A DNA stretch of 28,789 nucleotides, taken from contig JBFFUI010000028.1 in the NCBI GenBank assembly GCA_041571435.1, positions 1 to 28,789 of the forward strand, written 5' to 3'. A model generated the notes under the pieces. That model ran no database searches, was not told where the DNA came from, and saw only the letters and a program-made list of their open reading frames with translations. Source of the DNA: Sulfurimonadaceae bacterium. GTDB taxonomy: Bacteria; Campylobacterota; Campylobacteria; Campylobacterales; Sulfurimonadaceae. Made by a program: the position numbers and the translations under genes. Below, piece after piece: positions 1 through 8,224 of this stretch (position 1 is the first letter of the stretch; every line of letters starts with the position of its first letter).

Positions 1-330
1 CGTATCAAACCGTTTCCCGCCGTCATTGCAGGAGATATCAATGCAGGATTGACACAGTTTGTAGAGCAATACAAAAACTATTTTGATACCAATGCCGGCA
101 GTGAGCATATCTGTCTGGACCTTGCGCCGCGCTATGCCATTATCAAGGATTTCGGTGCCGTTGTCTTTGGCAAAGATGAGAAGGAGGCAAAGGTCATCGC
201 CGACATTGTCAACCATACCATCAAAGCGATGCTGATCGCTGAACAGCTCGGCGGATGGAAAAGTCTTAAACAATCTGATATCTTTGCTATGGAATACTGG
301 GAATTGGAACAGGCTAAATTAAAAAAATAA
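1..330 (+). CDS. Class II aldolase/adducin-family protein, 3' part (5' end outside the window); resembles the aldolase half of bifunctional RhaD/short-chain dehydrogenase proteins
   Basis: Frame 1 is open from base 1 (RIKPFPAVIAGD...). It contains LDLAPR and ends FAMEYWELEQAKLKK*; EYWxLEQAKL is typical of the aldolase domain of aldolase/SDR fusions. Confidence 0.75.
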   Translation, partial: RIKPFPAVIAGDINAGLTQFVEQYKNYFDTNAGSEHICLDLAPRYAIIKDFGAVVFGKDEKEAKVIADIVNHTIKAMLIAEQLGGWKSLKQSDIFAMEYWELEQAKLKK

Positions 331-346
331 CGAAAAAGGATCATTT

Positions 347-643
347 ATGAAAATCACGAAAAAAGTCACATTTGTTGCTAAAGAGGGGCATGAAAAGCAG
401 CTTTACACCCTGTTAAACACCATGATCGACGCATCCCGGAATGAAGAGGGGTGTCTGCTATACGACATCTTTCAGTATGAGCAGAATCCGAACAAGTTTA
501 TCGTGCTGGAGTCTTGGGCGAATGAAGAGGCGCTTGAAGGGCATAAACAGTCCAAACATTATCAACACTACAAAGCGCACTACGAGGTGCATACTGCTGA
601 AAAATCGAGTGACAACCTCAATATCGTCGGGGACCTTTTTTAA
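347..643 (+). CDS. Antibiotic biosynthesis monooxygenase (ABM) family protein, LsrG/quinol monooxygenase-like, copy 1
   Basis: 98 aa with SRNEEGCLLYD, FIVLESW and LEGHKQSKHY motifs of the ABM dimeric alpha/beta barrel; AAAGGA RBS upstream; near lsrK. Confidence 0.85.
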   Translation: MKITKKVTFVAKEGHEKQLYTLLNTMIDASRNEEGCLLYDIFQYEQNPNKFIVLESWANEEALEGHKQSKHYQHYKAHYEVHTAEKSSDNLNIVGDLF

Positions 644-699
644 CCTGTTGTAGAGCTCAACGTTCTGCAGCGAATCCACACCGACTTCACCCGTAAACC

Positions 700-987
700 C
701 TAGCCGAGGACTTCCAGGTCGTCGGTATACTTCTCTAAACAGTAGGGTTCGTAACTTGACTTGTAGATGGCATAGTGGGCCGATGCTTTGTGCCCGTCCA
801 ATGCCGCTTCATCCCGCCATGTCTCGACGGCCATAAACTTCTCCGGTCTCTCTTTATACTGTACTATCTCGTAAAAGAGGCAGCCGTCTTCCGCCTTCGA
901 TGGAATGACCATCGCACTCAGCAGTTCTTTCATCTTCTCTATGCCGTCAGGCTTGGCAATAAATGTCACACGTTTTGTAATCGTCAT
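700..987 (-). CDS. ABM family protein, LsrG/quinol monooxygenase-like, copy 2
   Basis: Start placed at ATG 987 (MTITKRVTFIAK...), 95 aa, colinear with copy 1. The track's start at 1053 overlaps lsrK and lies upstream of a putative -10 at 1019-1027. Confidence 0.85.
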   Translation of the reverse strand: MTITKRVTFIAKPDGIEKMKELLSAMVIPSKAEDGCLFYEIVQYKERPEKFMAVETWRDEAALDGHKASAHYAIYKSSYEPYCLEKYTDDLEVLG

Positions 988-1018
988 CTTTATCTCTTTA
1001 TCTATTTTTGAAAACAGG

Positions 1019-1027
1019 ATTATAGCA
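1019..1027 (-). promoter_or_regulatory. Putative sigma70 extended -10 (TGCTATAAT) for ABM copy 2
   Basis: Perfect TGnTATAAT about 30 nt upstream of ATG 987, just after the lsrK stop. Confidence 0.55.
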
Positions 1028-1031
1028 GAGA

Positions 1032-2597
1032 CTAGAGTCCCGGCGCTTTCCACATCGACGTCGTAATACCCTCATCTACTAATTTCAGTTGAACACGGTA
1101 CGCCGCTTTCCATTGCTCTGCAATATCACGGTATTTATTGTGATTTTCGCTGTCCGGCTGATAGCTTTTTTTCCATTTAACCAGACTTTTTGCCACTTCG
1201 TCGATACTGCTGTATTCACCTATTGCCACACCGCAGGCGAAAGCACCCCCGAGTGACGTTGCTTCATTGACATTGGGGATCTTCACCTCTTTACCCGTCA
1301 CATCCGCCAGGATCTGTGACCATAAGTTCCCTTTGCTCGCCCCGCCGGCAAAGGTTATGGTCTCACTCTGTACCCCCGTAAATGCAAATATCGCTTCCAG
1401 GTTCAGCATCGAGACGACGGCCGCATTCTCTTCGAGCGAACGGAACATGGCCCCTTTGGATGATAAAGAAGGATCGATTGAAAGGTTCAGAAATGACGGT
1501 GCGGCATGGTACCACTTGCCGTAATGCATCGCATCGGAGAAGATCGGCAAGATACCGTTTGAGCCGACAGGAACCTTTGCCGCGAGCTCTTCGAGATAGG
1601 CATACGTGTCGATTCCCCGCCGTTTTGCCTCTGCTGTTTCACCTTGGCACAGGGCATCCCTGAACCAGCGCATCACCAGACCGGAGAAAAAGGTGATCCC
1701 CTCGGCCTGCGATATGCCCGGAATCACATGCGGATTGATACGGATGTCCATCTTGGGATCGGTCTTGGCCGTCGGCATGTTGACCAGCTGCTGCCAGAAT
1801 GTGCCGCCCAAAACAGCGACCTCCCCGGCTTCGACAACACCCAGTCCTGCAGAACCGAGCTGTACATCACCCCCGCCCGCAACAACCGGCGTACCGACTG
1901 CCAGCCCCGTCTCCGCTGATGCCTGTTTCGTTACTTCGCCTATGATACTGCCGCTCTCATAGACCGGGGGGAAGATGTCATCTTTGAGTCCCACTTTTTT
2001 GGCCATCTCCGGGACCCACCGGCGCGTTTCAAGTGAAAAGATGCCTGAGGTACCGGCATTGGACGGTTCGCTTGCGATCACACCCGAGAGTTTTGTCAAG
2101 ACCCAGTCGCTGATCATGTTCATCGATGCCGTTTTTTCATAAAGATGCGGTCTGTTTCGTTTCAGCCATAACAATCGCGGCAGCGCCCCAAGCGCATAGG
2201 TCTGACCGCTTTGCGCATAAAATGTTGCTTCGCTTTTCGGAAACTCCCTGTTAAGATCGGCAACCTCCCTGTCCGCTCTGGCATCCACATTGGCAACCCC
2301 GAAAATCTCCTTGCCATCTTTGTCATAGAGCACTATTCCCTCGCGCATACTGGTCGCCGTCACAGCCTTGATGGAAGAGGCTTTGATCCCGGCCTTGAAG
2401 ATGGCTGTCTTGATACACTCTTTCAGAATATCCCAATTTTCCGTATAGTCAAAGCCCATAGAGTTGGCCACACCCTCTTCACTCAGGTGCGTCCACTCCT
2501 GCTGGCCGATACTGACCTGTCTCCCCATAGTGTCGAATATAACGGCCCTACCGCTTCCTGTCCCTGCATCGATGGTTAAAAAGTAGGCTCTGCTCAT
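1032..2597 (-). CDS. lsrK: Autoinducer-2 (DPD) kinase, FGGY family
   Basis: Segments match enterobacterial LsrK as recalled: IDAGTGSGRAVIFD, SMREGIVLY, ANVDARA, GGGDVQLG, VLGGTFWQQ, INPHVIPG, WYHAAPSF and C-terminal WKAPGL. Confidence 0.93.
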   Translation of the reverse strand: MSRAYFLTIDAGTGSGRAVIFDTMGRQVSIGQQEWTHLSEEGVANSMGFDYTENWDILKECIKTAIFKAGIKASSIKAVTATSMREGIVLYDKDGKEIFGVANVDARADREVADLNREFPKSEATFYAQSGQTYALGALPRLLWLKRNRPHLYEKTASMNMISDWVLTKLSGVIASEPSNAGTSGIFSLETRRWVPEMAKKVGLKDDIFPPVYESGSIIGEVTKQASAETGLAVGTPVVAGGGDVQLGSAGLGVVEAGEVAVLGGTFWQQLVNMPTAKTDPKMDIRINPHVIPGISQAEGITFFSGLVMRWFRDALCQGETAEAKRRGIDTYAYLEELAAKVPVGSNGILPIFSDAMHYGKWYHAAPSFLNLSIDPSLSSKGAMFRSLEENAAVVSMLNLEAIFAFTGVQSETITFAGGASKGNLWSQILADVTGKEVKIPNVNEATSLGGAFACGVAIGEYSSIDEVAKSLVKWKKSYQPDSENHNKYRDIAEQWKAAYRVQLKLVDEGITTSMWKAPGL

Positions 2598-2627
2598 TAT
2601 CTTCTTCCTTACATAAATCTTCTCTGT

Positions 2628-2636
2628 ATTGTAGCA
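2628..2636 (-). promoter_or_regulatory. Putative extended -10 (TGCTACAAT) for lsrK
   Basis: TGnTACAAT about 30 nt upstream of the ATG; AAGGAAG RBS in between. Confidence 0.5.
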
Positions 2637-2791
2637 GAGCCATACGGATAGTTTACTCAGTGCTACCCCGGTTGGTTTTCCTCTCTAGTACGCTGTGCAA
2701 CGTCATTTTATGTACTGTGCGATAGAAAACGCTTACTAAAGATTTACCACTCTGAGCTATACTTTATACAACTGTACTATAAAGGCTCAGC

Positions 2792-4150
2792 ATGATTTCA
2801 AATCCCTCTTTATTTATCCCGTTGGTCATTACATCTACCCTGCTCTCTGCCGGCACCGTCTCTGTAAAACCGATCGATCCTTCTCTTGTCGTCTACAACG
2901 GCAATCTTGGTCTGGTACATGAAAATAGAAAAATGGAACTGGATTCCGGCAAACAGGCCCTTGTCTATAATGATGTCGCCAGCAGTGTTGTCACGGACAG
3001 TGTCAATGTCACTTTTCCCCAGGGTGTAACGCTCTATTCCCAGCAGTATCGTTTCGATCAGATCACTGCTCAGAAGCTTGCCAATGCCCACCTGGGCAAA
3101 AGTGTCAAGTTTTACATCAAGACCGGCAGTGATCTGATGTACAAGAGCGGGCGCCTGCTTTCAGCTTCCTCCCAAGCCGTCGTCAGAACGCCGCAGAATG
3201 AGATCTACACCGTCCCGGCTTCGGCCCTCATCTTCGCCGACATACCAAAAGAGCTTATCACCAAGCCCTCTCTCGTCTGGAATATCGATGCACCGAAAAA
3301 GAGCAGCAGCACACTCACGATGGACTATCTTGTCAACAATATCGCATGGAAAAGCGACTATGTTTTAAATCTTGGCAAGTCCTACGCCGATATAAGCGGA
3401 TGGATCACCATCGACAATCACAGTGGTAAAGCCTTTAATAATACTAAGCTCACTGTACTGGCCGGCGACATCAATAGAGCTGCTGTTCCGGTTAACAGAC
3501 GATATATGGCCAAAGCTGCCATGGCAGAGATGGACGGTGCCGCTGTGCAGGAGCTCTCCCATGAAGGGTACCATCTCTATCAGATACCTTTCAAGGTGAA
3601 CCTGGCCAACAATGAAAACACCCAGATTAAGTTCCTAGATATAAAAAAGGTTCCTGTTGCACGTAAATACAAAGTACAGTTGAACTCCCCTTTCTATTTC
3701 AACGGTGAACGTAAACATCCTGTCACCCAATATCTTGAGATCAAATCACTGGAGAAAGCGCTCCCGATGGGGACCATACGCAGCTACTCCAAAGAGAATG
3801 GAACTACACTTCTACTTGGCGAAAGTGGCATCAGCCACACGCCTAAACATGAAAAGATCAACGTGACGCTCGGCAAAAATTTCGATCTGCTTACCACAAG
3901 TAAAATGCTCGCCAACAGCAGTGACCGCTATTACAATGACGCAAGGGTCTCTTATACACTAACCAACCGTTCTGACGATAGTAAAACGGTGGAACTGCTC
4001 ATCCCGTTCACCAAACGCGAGGACGGACAGAGCAGCATCTCGACCAAAGAGAAATACAGCTGGAAAAACGGCAACATGCTCTCATTCAATGTGCGTGTCA
4101 ATGCCGACAGTAAAAAAAGTTTTGAGGTTCATTTTAGAGCTAAGAAATAG
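2792..4150 (+). CDS. DUF4139 domain-containing secreted protein
   Basis: Signal peptide; LVVYNGNLGLVHENR, ITKPSLVW, IAWKSDYVL, GWITIDNHSG and LAGDINR motifs are typical of DUF4139 proteins. Confidence 0.8.
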   Translation: MISNPSLFIPLVITSTLLSAGTVSVKPIDPSLVVYNGNLGLVHENRKMELDSGKQALVYNDVASSVVTDSVNVTFPQGVTLYSQQYRFDQITAQKLANAHLGKSVKFYIKTGSDLMYKSGRLLSASSQAVVRTPQNEIYTVPASALIFADIPKELITKPSLVWNIDAPKKSSSTLTMDYLVNNIAWKSDYVLNLGKSYADISGWITIDNHSGKAFNNTKLTVLAGDINRAAVPVNRRYMAKAAMAEMDGAAVQELSHEGYHLYQIPFKVNLANNENTQIKFLDIKKVPVARKYKVQLNSPFYFNGERKHPVTQYLEIKSLEKALPMGTIRSYSKENGTTLLLGESGISHTPKHEKINVTLGKNFDLLTTSKMLANSSDRYYNDARVSYTLTNRSDDSKTVELLIPFTKREDGQSSISTKEKYSWKNGNMLSFNVRVNADSKKSFEVHFRAKK

Positions 4151-4177
4151 AATTTTGATGATTAATTAGAAAAAACG

Positions 4178-4286
4178 TAAAAGTTTCAGATCTGGTGTGA
4201 GTTGTACCAGATGTGAATCCGAAGGCGCACTGTTGTGCGTTGAGCGGTGAACTCCGGTGCAAATTGCGCCGAAGGTGAAGCTTTTA
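4178..4286. repeat. Structured intergenic element with 11-bp imperfect terminal inverted repeats and three internal hairpins (MITE/REP-like candidate)
   Basis: TAAAAGTTTCA (4178-4188) / TGAAGCTTTTA (4276-4286); hairpins at 4185-4217, 4225-4240 and 4255-4271; CCGAAGG occurs twice. Confidence 0.45.
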
Positions 4287-5240
4287 AACGCGAGCTTCTT
4301 CTCTTCTTTGAAGATAGTCCCATTTTGCGTCTACACGCTCTTGCCACTCTTTGATAAGGTATTTGTACTCATCTTTGAACAGGTGCTTGAAACGTCCTTG
4401 TGCTGCCAGGTACTCTTCGACCGGCACAACATTTTTAGGGCGGTAAGTGATATTCAACTCCGTACCGTCAATGATCTCATACAGTGGGAACACTAGTGAG
4501 TCTGTTGCAAGGTCTTGAAGCGCCATTGTGTCTTCAGGAGCAAATTTCCACTCTGTCGTACAAGCAGAAACGGCATTGATAAATACAGGCCCTTCTACTT
4601 CCATACCGTGCTGGATAGCCTTAACCATGTTTTTCCACTTGTTCGGAGAAACCTGTGCTACATACGGTGAACCGTGTGCTGCCATAATCGCCATCATATC
4701 TTTTTTGTTTTGCTTCTCACCGTAGCTTACACGACCACCTGGTGCTGTCGTCGTTGATGAACCGATAGGTGTTGACGAAGAACGCTGTCCACCGGTATTG
4801 GCATAAACTTCATTGTCCAGAACGACGTGCATGATGTTGTGACCGCGTTCGAAACAACCTGAGATCCACTGGAAACCGATATCGTAAGAGGCACCATCAC
4901 CTGCAAACGATACAAATTTCGGGTTACGGTCCGGCTGCTTCAGGCGACCTTTAGTAGCCAATGCCTTGTGCATTGCTTCGGCACCGGCTACAGCCGTTGA
5001 ACCGTTTTCAAAACCGATATGGATCCAAGATGCATCCCATGATGTATATGGATATACTGCAGTACATACTTCAAGACAACCTGTCGATGCAGAAAGCACA
5101 AGGTCATCGTTTGTAGCATTCAGTACTTCACGTACGATAATAGAGTGTGCACAACCCGGACAGAGAAGGTTTGCACCTTCAAAACGGTCCGCTGAAGTTG
5201 AGAACTCTTTTAAGTTTTTGATTTTTTTAATTTCACTCAT
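4284..5240 (-). CDS. porB: Pyruvate:ferredoxin(flavodoxin) oxidoreductase beta subunit (TPP-binding)
   Basis: LCPGCAH, TGCLEV, GDGASYDIG and DNEVYANTGGQ motifs. Confidence 0.95.
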   Translation of the reverse strand: MSEIKKIKNLKEFSTSADRFEGANLLCPGCAHSIIVREVLNATNDDLVLSASTGCLEVCTAVYPYTSWDASWIHIGFENGSTAVAGAEAMHKALATKGRLKQPDRNPKFVSFAGDGASYDIGFQWISGCFERGHNIMHVVLDNEVYANTGGQRSSSTPIGSSTTTAPGGRVSYGEKQNKKDMMAIMAAHGSPYVAQVSPNKWKNMVKAIQHGMEVEGPVFINAVSACTTEWKFAPEDTMALQDLATDSLVFPLYEIIDGTELNITYRPKNVVPVEEYLAAQGRFKHLFKDEYKYLIKEWQERVDAKWDYLQRREEARV

Positions 5241-5249
5241 GTTGTTCTC

Positions 5250-6473
5250 CTATAGGAATTCTAGTTTCGGACCACGTGTACCGACATACTGTTGTGTTGC
5301 CGTTGTAAGTGTACCGGCAGCTGCATTCGCTTCTTGCTGTGCAAAGATGTCAACAAGGTGCGCTTTAGTAAGATCGCGTCCACCAAGGCCGTAGATGTAG
5401 TTGCTCAATACAGCTCTTGATTCGCTGTTGATCATAACACCGGCAAGCTCGTTGTAAAGCATACCGACTGTACCGTGTGGTGCTGAACGGTCAAGTGCCG
5501 CAACGGCTTTAACATCTTTCAATATCTCTTTAAGTGCCTCAAACGGCCATGGGCGCAGGACACGGATACCGATAACACCTACTTTTTTGCCTTCTGCACG
5601 CAACTCGTTTGATACTTCGACAGCAGTTTCCACTGATGTACCCATACAGACAACAGCACATTCTGCGTCTTCCATGTTGTATGTTTCAACCATGTTGTAA
5701 CGACGTCCGGTCAACTTTTCAAATGCATCAAATGCAGCTTCAAGTTTAGGCGCGACTTTTGTCATTAGGTCGTGTTGCTGACGTGCTTTATGTTCAAAGT
5801 GCCAATCTTCTTCTGTCTGTACACCGTGTGTAACAGGATGGTCGAAGTCAAGCATATCGTTCATCGGCTGGAAATCGCCGACAAAGTTGTAGGCTACGTC
5901 ATCTTCAATTGTAGCGACACCCTGTGCAGTGTGCGACGTCATAAATCCGTCTTGGTGGATCATCGCCGGAAGACGTACATCATGATCTTCTGCAACTTTA
6001 AATGCGATAAAGTTTAGATCGTACGCGTCTTGCGGGTTAAAAGCGTCAAGCTGAATCCAGCCGCTGTCGCGTCCAAGATACATGTCTGAGTGATCGCCGT
6101 TAACGTTCAACGGTGCAGCAAGTGCACGGTTTACAACGTTAAGAATGATCGGCAAACGCATACCAGATGCCTGATAAAGTGTTTCGACCATCAATGCGTA
6201 CCCTTGAGACGAAGTAGCAGTTGCAACACGTCCACCCGCTGCTGATGCACCGATACACCCTGACATTGCAGCGTGCTCAGACTCAACCATTACAAATTCA
6301 CCCTCAACATAGCCGTTCGCTAAGAAGTTTCCATAGTTTTCTACGATTGGCGTAGAAGGTGTAATCGGGTATGCCGCAACGACATCGACTTGTACTTGAC
6401 GAAGCGCTTGGCTTGCCGCCATGTTTCCATCCCATACTTCAATGTCGCGTAATTCCATTTTATCAAATGCCAT
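5250..6473 (-). CDS. porA: Pyruvate:ferredoxin oxidoreductase alpha subunit
   Basis: AYPITPST, VESEHAAMS, TATSSQG and YGLGGRD motifs. Confidence 0.95.
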   Translation of the reverse strand: MAFDKMELRDIEVWDGNMAASQALRQVQVDVVAAYPITPSTPIVENYGNFLANGYVEGEFVMVESEHAAMSGCIGASAAGGRVATATSSQGYALMVETLYQASGMRLPIILNVVNRALAAPLNVNGDHSDMYLGRDSGWIQLDAFNPQDAYDLNFIAFKVAEDHDVRLPAMIHQDGFMTSHTAQGVATIEDDVAYNFVGDFQPMNDMLDFDHPVTHGVQTEEDWHFEHKARQQHDLMTKVAPKLEAAFDAFEKLTGRRYNMVETYNMEDAECAVVCMGTSVETAVEVSNELRAEGKKVGVIGIRVLRPWPFEALKEILKDVKAVAALDRSAPHGTVGMLYNELAGVMINSESRAVLSNYIYGLGGRDLTKAHLVDIFAQQEANAAAGTLTTATQQYVGTRGPKLEFL

Positions 6474-6868
6474 TATTTTTCCTCTTTCTCTTTTTCAGGC
6501 CATCTAGCCAATTCCGTCTCTTCATCTGCTTGTTCAGGGAACATAAGAAGTGATTTAGGGTTCGTCGGGCAAACCTCTACACAGATACCACAACCTTTAC
6601 AGTGGTCCATATCGATACCGATCATCTTTTTGTCACGAGAGATAATTGAGATATCCGGACAGAAAATCCAGCAGAACTGACAATCGATACAGAAGTCTTT
6701 GTTAAAGACCGGTTTTTCAATACGCCAGTCAGCAACACTTGCTGTAAACGAGTTACTGCTTGAGTAATTACGGTCTTCTTGCAGCGTTGTCGCGATATCT
6801 TTTACTTCACCGTCAAATGAGCGGAGCATTGCACCGATTTCGAATTCATCCCATCCGTTGTTTTGCAT
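6473..6868 (-). CDS. porD: Pyruvate:ferredoxin oxidoreductase delta subunit (2x[4Fe-4S])
   Basis: CIDCQFCWIFCP and CKGCGICVEVCP ferredoxin motifs; TAATG coupling to porA. Confidence 0.95.
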   Translation of the reverse strand: MQNNGWDEFEIGAMLRSFDGEVKDIATTLQEDRNYSSSNSFTASVADWRIEKPVFNKDFCIDCQFCWIFCPDISIISRDKKMIGIDMDHCKGCGICVEVCPTNPKSLLMFPEQADEETELARWPEKEKEEK

Positions 6869-6878
6869 CTATTACTCC

Positions 6879-7436
6879 TTACTTTACTTCGTCATAAGCA
6901 CGCTGAATAGCGACCATGTTGGCATCGACGATTTTTTGTGGCAACTTCGATAGTACATTTTTGATACTGTCTTTAAAGAAATCGATTGTATACATCTCTG
7001 AGACTTTCATTAAAGCACCCAACATCGGTGTATTCGGGATCGGGCGACCAATAGTCTCTTGAGCGATCTTGATACAGTCGACTGTATAGACTTTTTTACC
7101 TTCAAGTCTTGGTTGGGAAGCGATAAGTTCTTCAGTACTCATGTGCGTTGTAATAATATAAACAGTGTCCGGTTTGTCATTAATCGTGATGTCTGTTGTA
7201 TACGTCAACGCAGGGTCGATCACCAGAACATAATCCGGGTTCATATATTTTTCATGATTCAGAATAATTTCGTCATCTACACGGTTGTATGCTGTCATGG
7301 CTGCACCACGTTTTGCGGAACCGTAGAACGCGAATGCCTGAACATGTTTACCTGTTGTTGAAACAACATCAGCCAAACCTTTTGCACCGGTTACTGCACC
7401 TTGTCCAGCACGGCTATGCCATCTAATTTCTAGCAT
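6879..7436 (-). CDS. porC: Pyruvate:ferredoxin oxidoreductase gamma subunit (porC/porG)
   Basis: EIRWHSRAGQGAVT, YGSAKRGA and PNTPMLGA motifs; first gene of the operon; AAGGAG RBS. Confidence 0.95.
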   Translation of the reverse strand: MLEIRWHSRAGQGAVTGAKGLADVVSTTGKHVQAFAFYGSAKRGAAMTAYNRVDDEIILNHEKYMNPDYVLVIDPALTYTTDITINDKPDTVYIITTHMSTEELIASQPRLEGKKVYTVDCIKIAQETIGRPIPNTPMLGALMKVSEMYTIDFFKDSIKNVLSKLPQKIVDANMVAIQRAYDEVK

Positions 7437-7490
7437 TAAATCTCCTTAATAAATTATTCCAAAGAATATCAGAATACTAAATATCCTGCT

Positions 7491-7496
7491 ATTTTA
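7491..7496 (-). promoter_or_regulatory. Putative -10 (TAAAAT) of the por operon
   Basis: GCATAAAAT about 55 nt upstream of the porC ATG, in an AT-rich intergenic region. Confidence 0.4.
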
Positions 7497-7551
7497 TGCA
7501 AGTTGCTCTTAAATCAAGCTTCACTTTTTTGCGTTTGAAAAAAGGGTGGTT

Positions 7552-8199
7552 TTAACGTGTCTTTTCTACCAGTTTCGCGACTCTTTTCACGGCTTCAAGG
7601 GCATTGTTTTCTATAATGTCCGTTAATGTTTTTAATTGTTCTACATTATCATAACCGCTCAAAACCCCAACACTCTTAATGCCGGCATTGTTGGCCGATC
7701 CAATATCCAAACGGGTGTCACCGATGATCCAACACATCTCTTTGGCAACACCCATACGCTCCACCGCTTTTTCGATAGGTTCTGCATGCGGTTTTGGGTT
7801 TTCGACATCTTCGCGTCCGATCAAAACTTCAAAGTGGTGCATCAGTTCAAAGTGCTCCATCAAGACACGCGAATACTGGCCCGTTTTTGTCGTCACTATG
7901 CCCAAACGTGCAAATTTGGCCGCCTCTTCGACCGCTTCTCTGGCATAAGGCAGAAGCACGGTCTTCTCAGTTGATATAATGCGGTAATGCTCTTTGTAGG
8001 TCGTGACAAAATCCCACACCCTCTCTTGCTCTATACCGAGCTCCCGGTACATCACATCAAGCGGATAGCCGATAAGTGCCTTGATGGCCTCATCTTCAGG
8101 ATGCGGATGCCTATGCACATCAAACGAGTTGTGAAAGCTTTCCAGGATCGCTTCGGTCGAATCGATAAGCGTACCGTCCAGGTCAAATAAGATCGTCAA
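7552..8199 (-). CDS. HAD-superfamily hydrolase (phosphoglycolate phosphatase-like)
   Basis: Motif I FDLDGTLIDS, motif II VTTK, KP, and motif IV IGDTRLD; TTG start with AAGGAG RBS. Confidence 0.9.
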   Translation of the reverse strand: MTILFDLDGTLIDSTEAILESFHNSFDVHRHPHPEDEAIKALIGYPLDVMYRELGIEQERVWDFVTTYKEHYRIISTEKTVLLPYAREAVEEAAKFARLGIVTTKTGQYSRVLMEHFELMHHFEVLIGREDVENPKPHAEPIEKAVERMGVAKEMCWIIGDTRLDIGSANNAGIKSVGVLSGYDNVEQLKTLTDIIENNALEAVKRVAKLVEKTR

Positions 8200-8224
8200 A
8201 TATCTCTCCTTTTGTCAGTGCAGA

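Noticed and set aside
988-1053. N-terminal extension of the second ABM protein given by the ORF track
   Set aside because: It overlaps the lsrK end and a good -10; the paralogue alignment starts at Met 987.
4257-4496. 79-aa ORF starting within the structured element
   Set aside because: Antisense to the porB 3' end, with no RBS and no recognisable motif.
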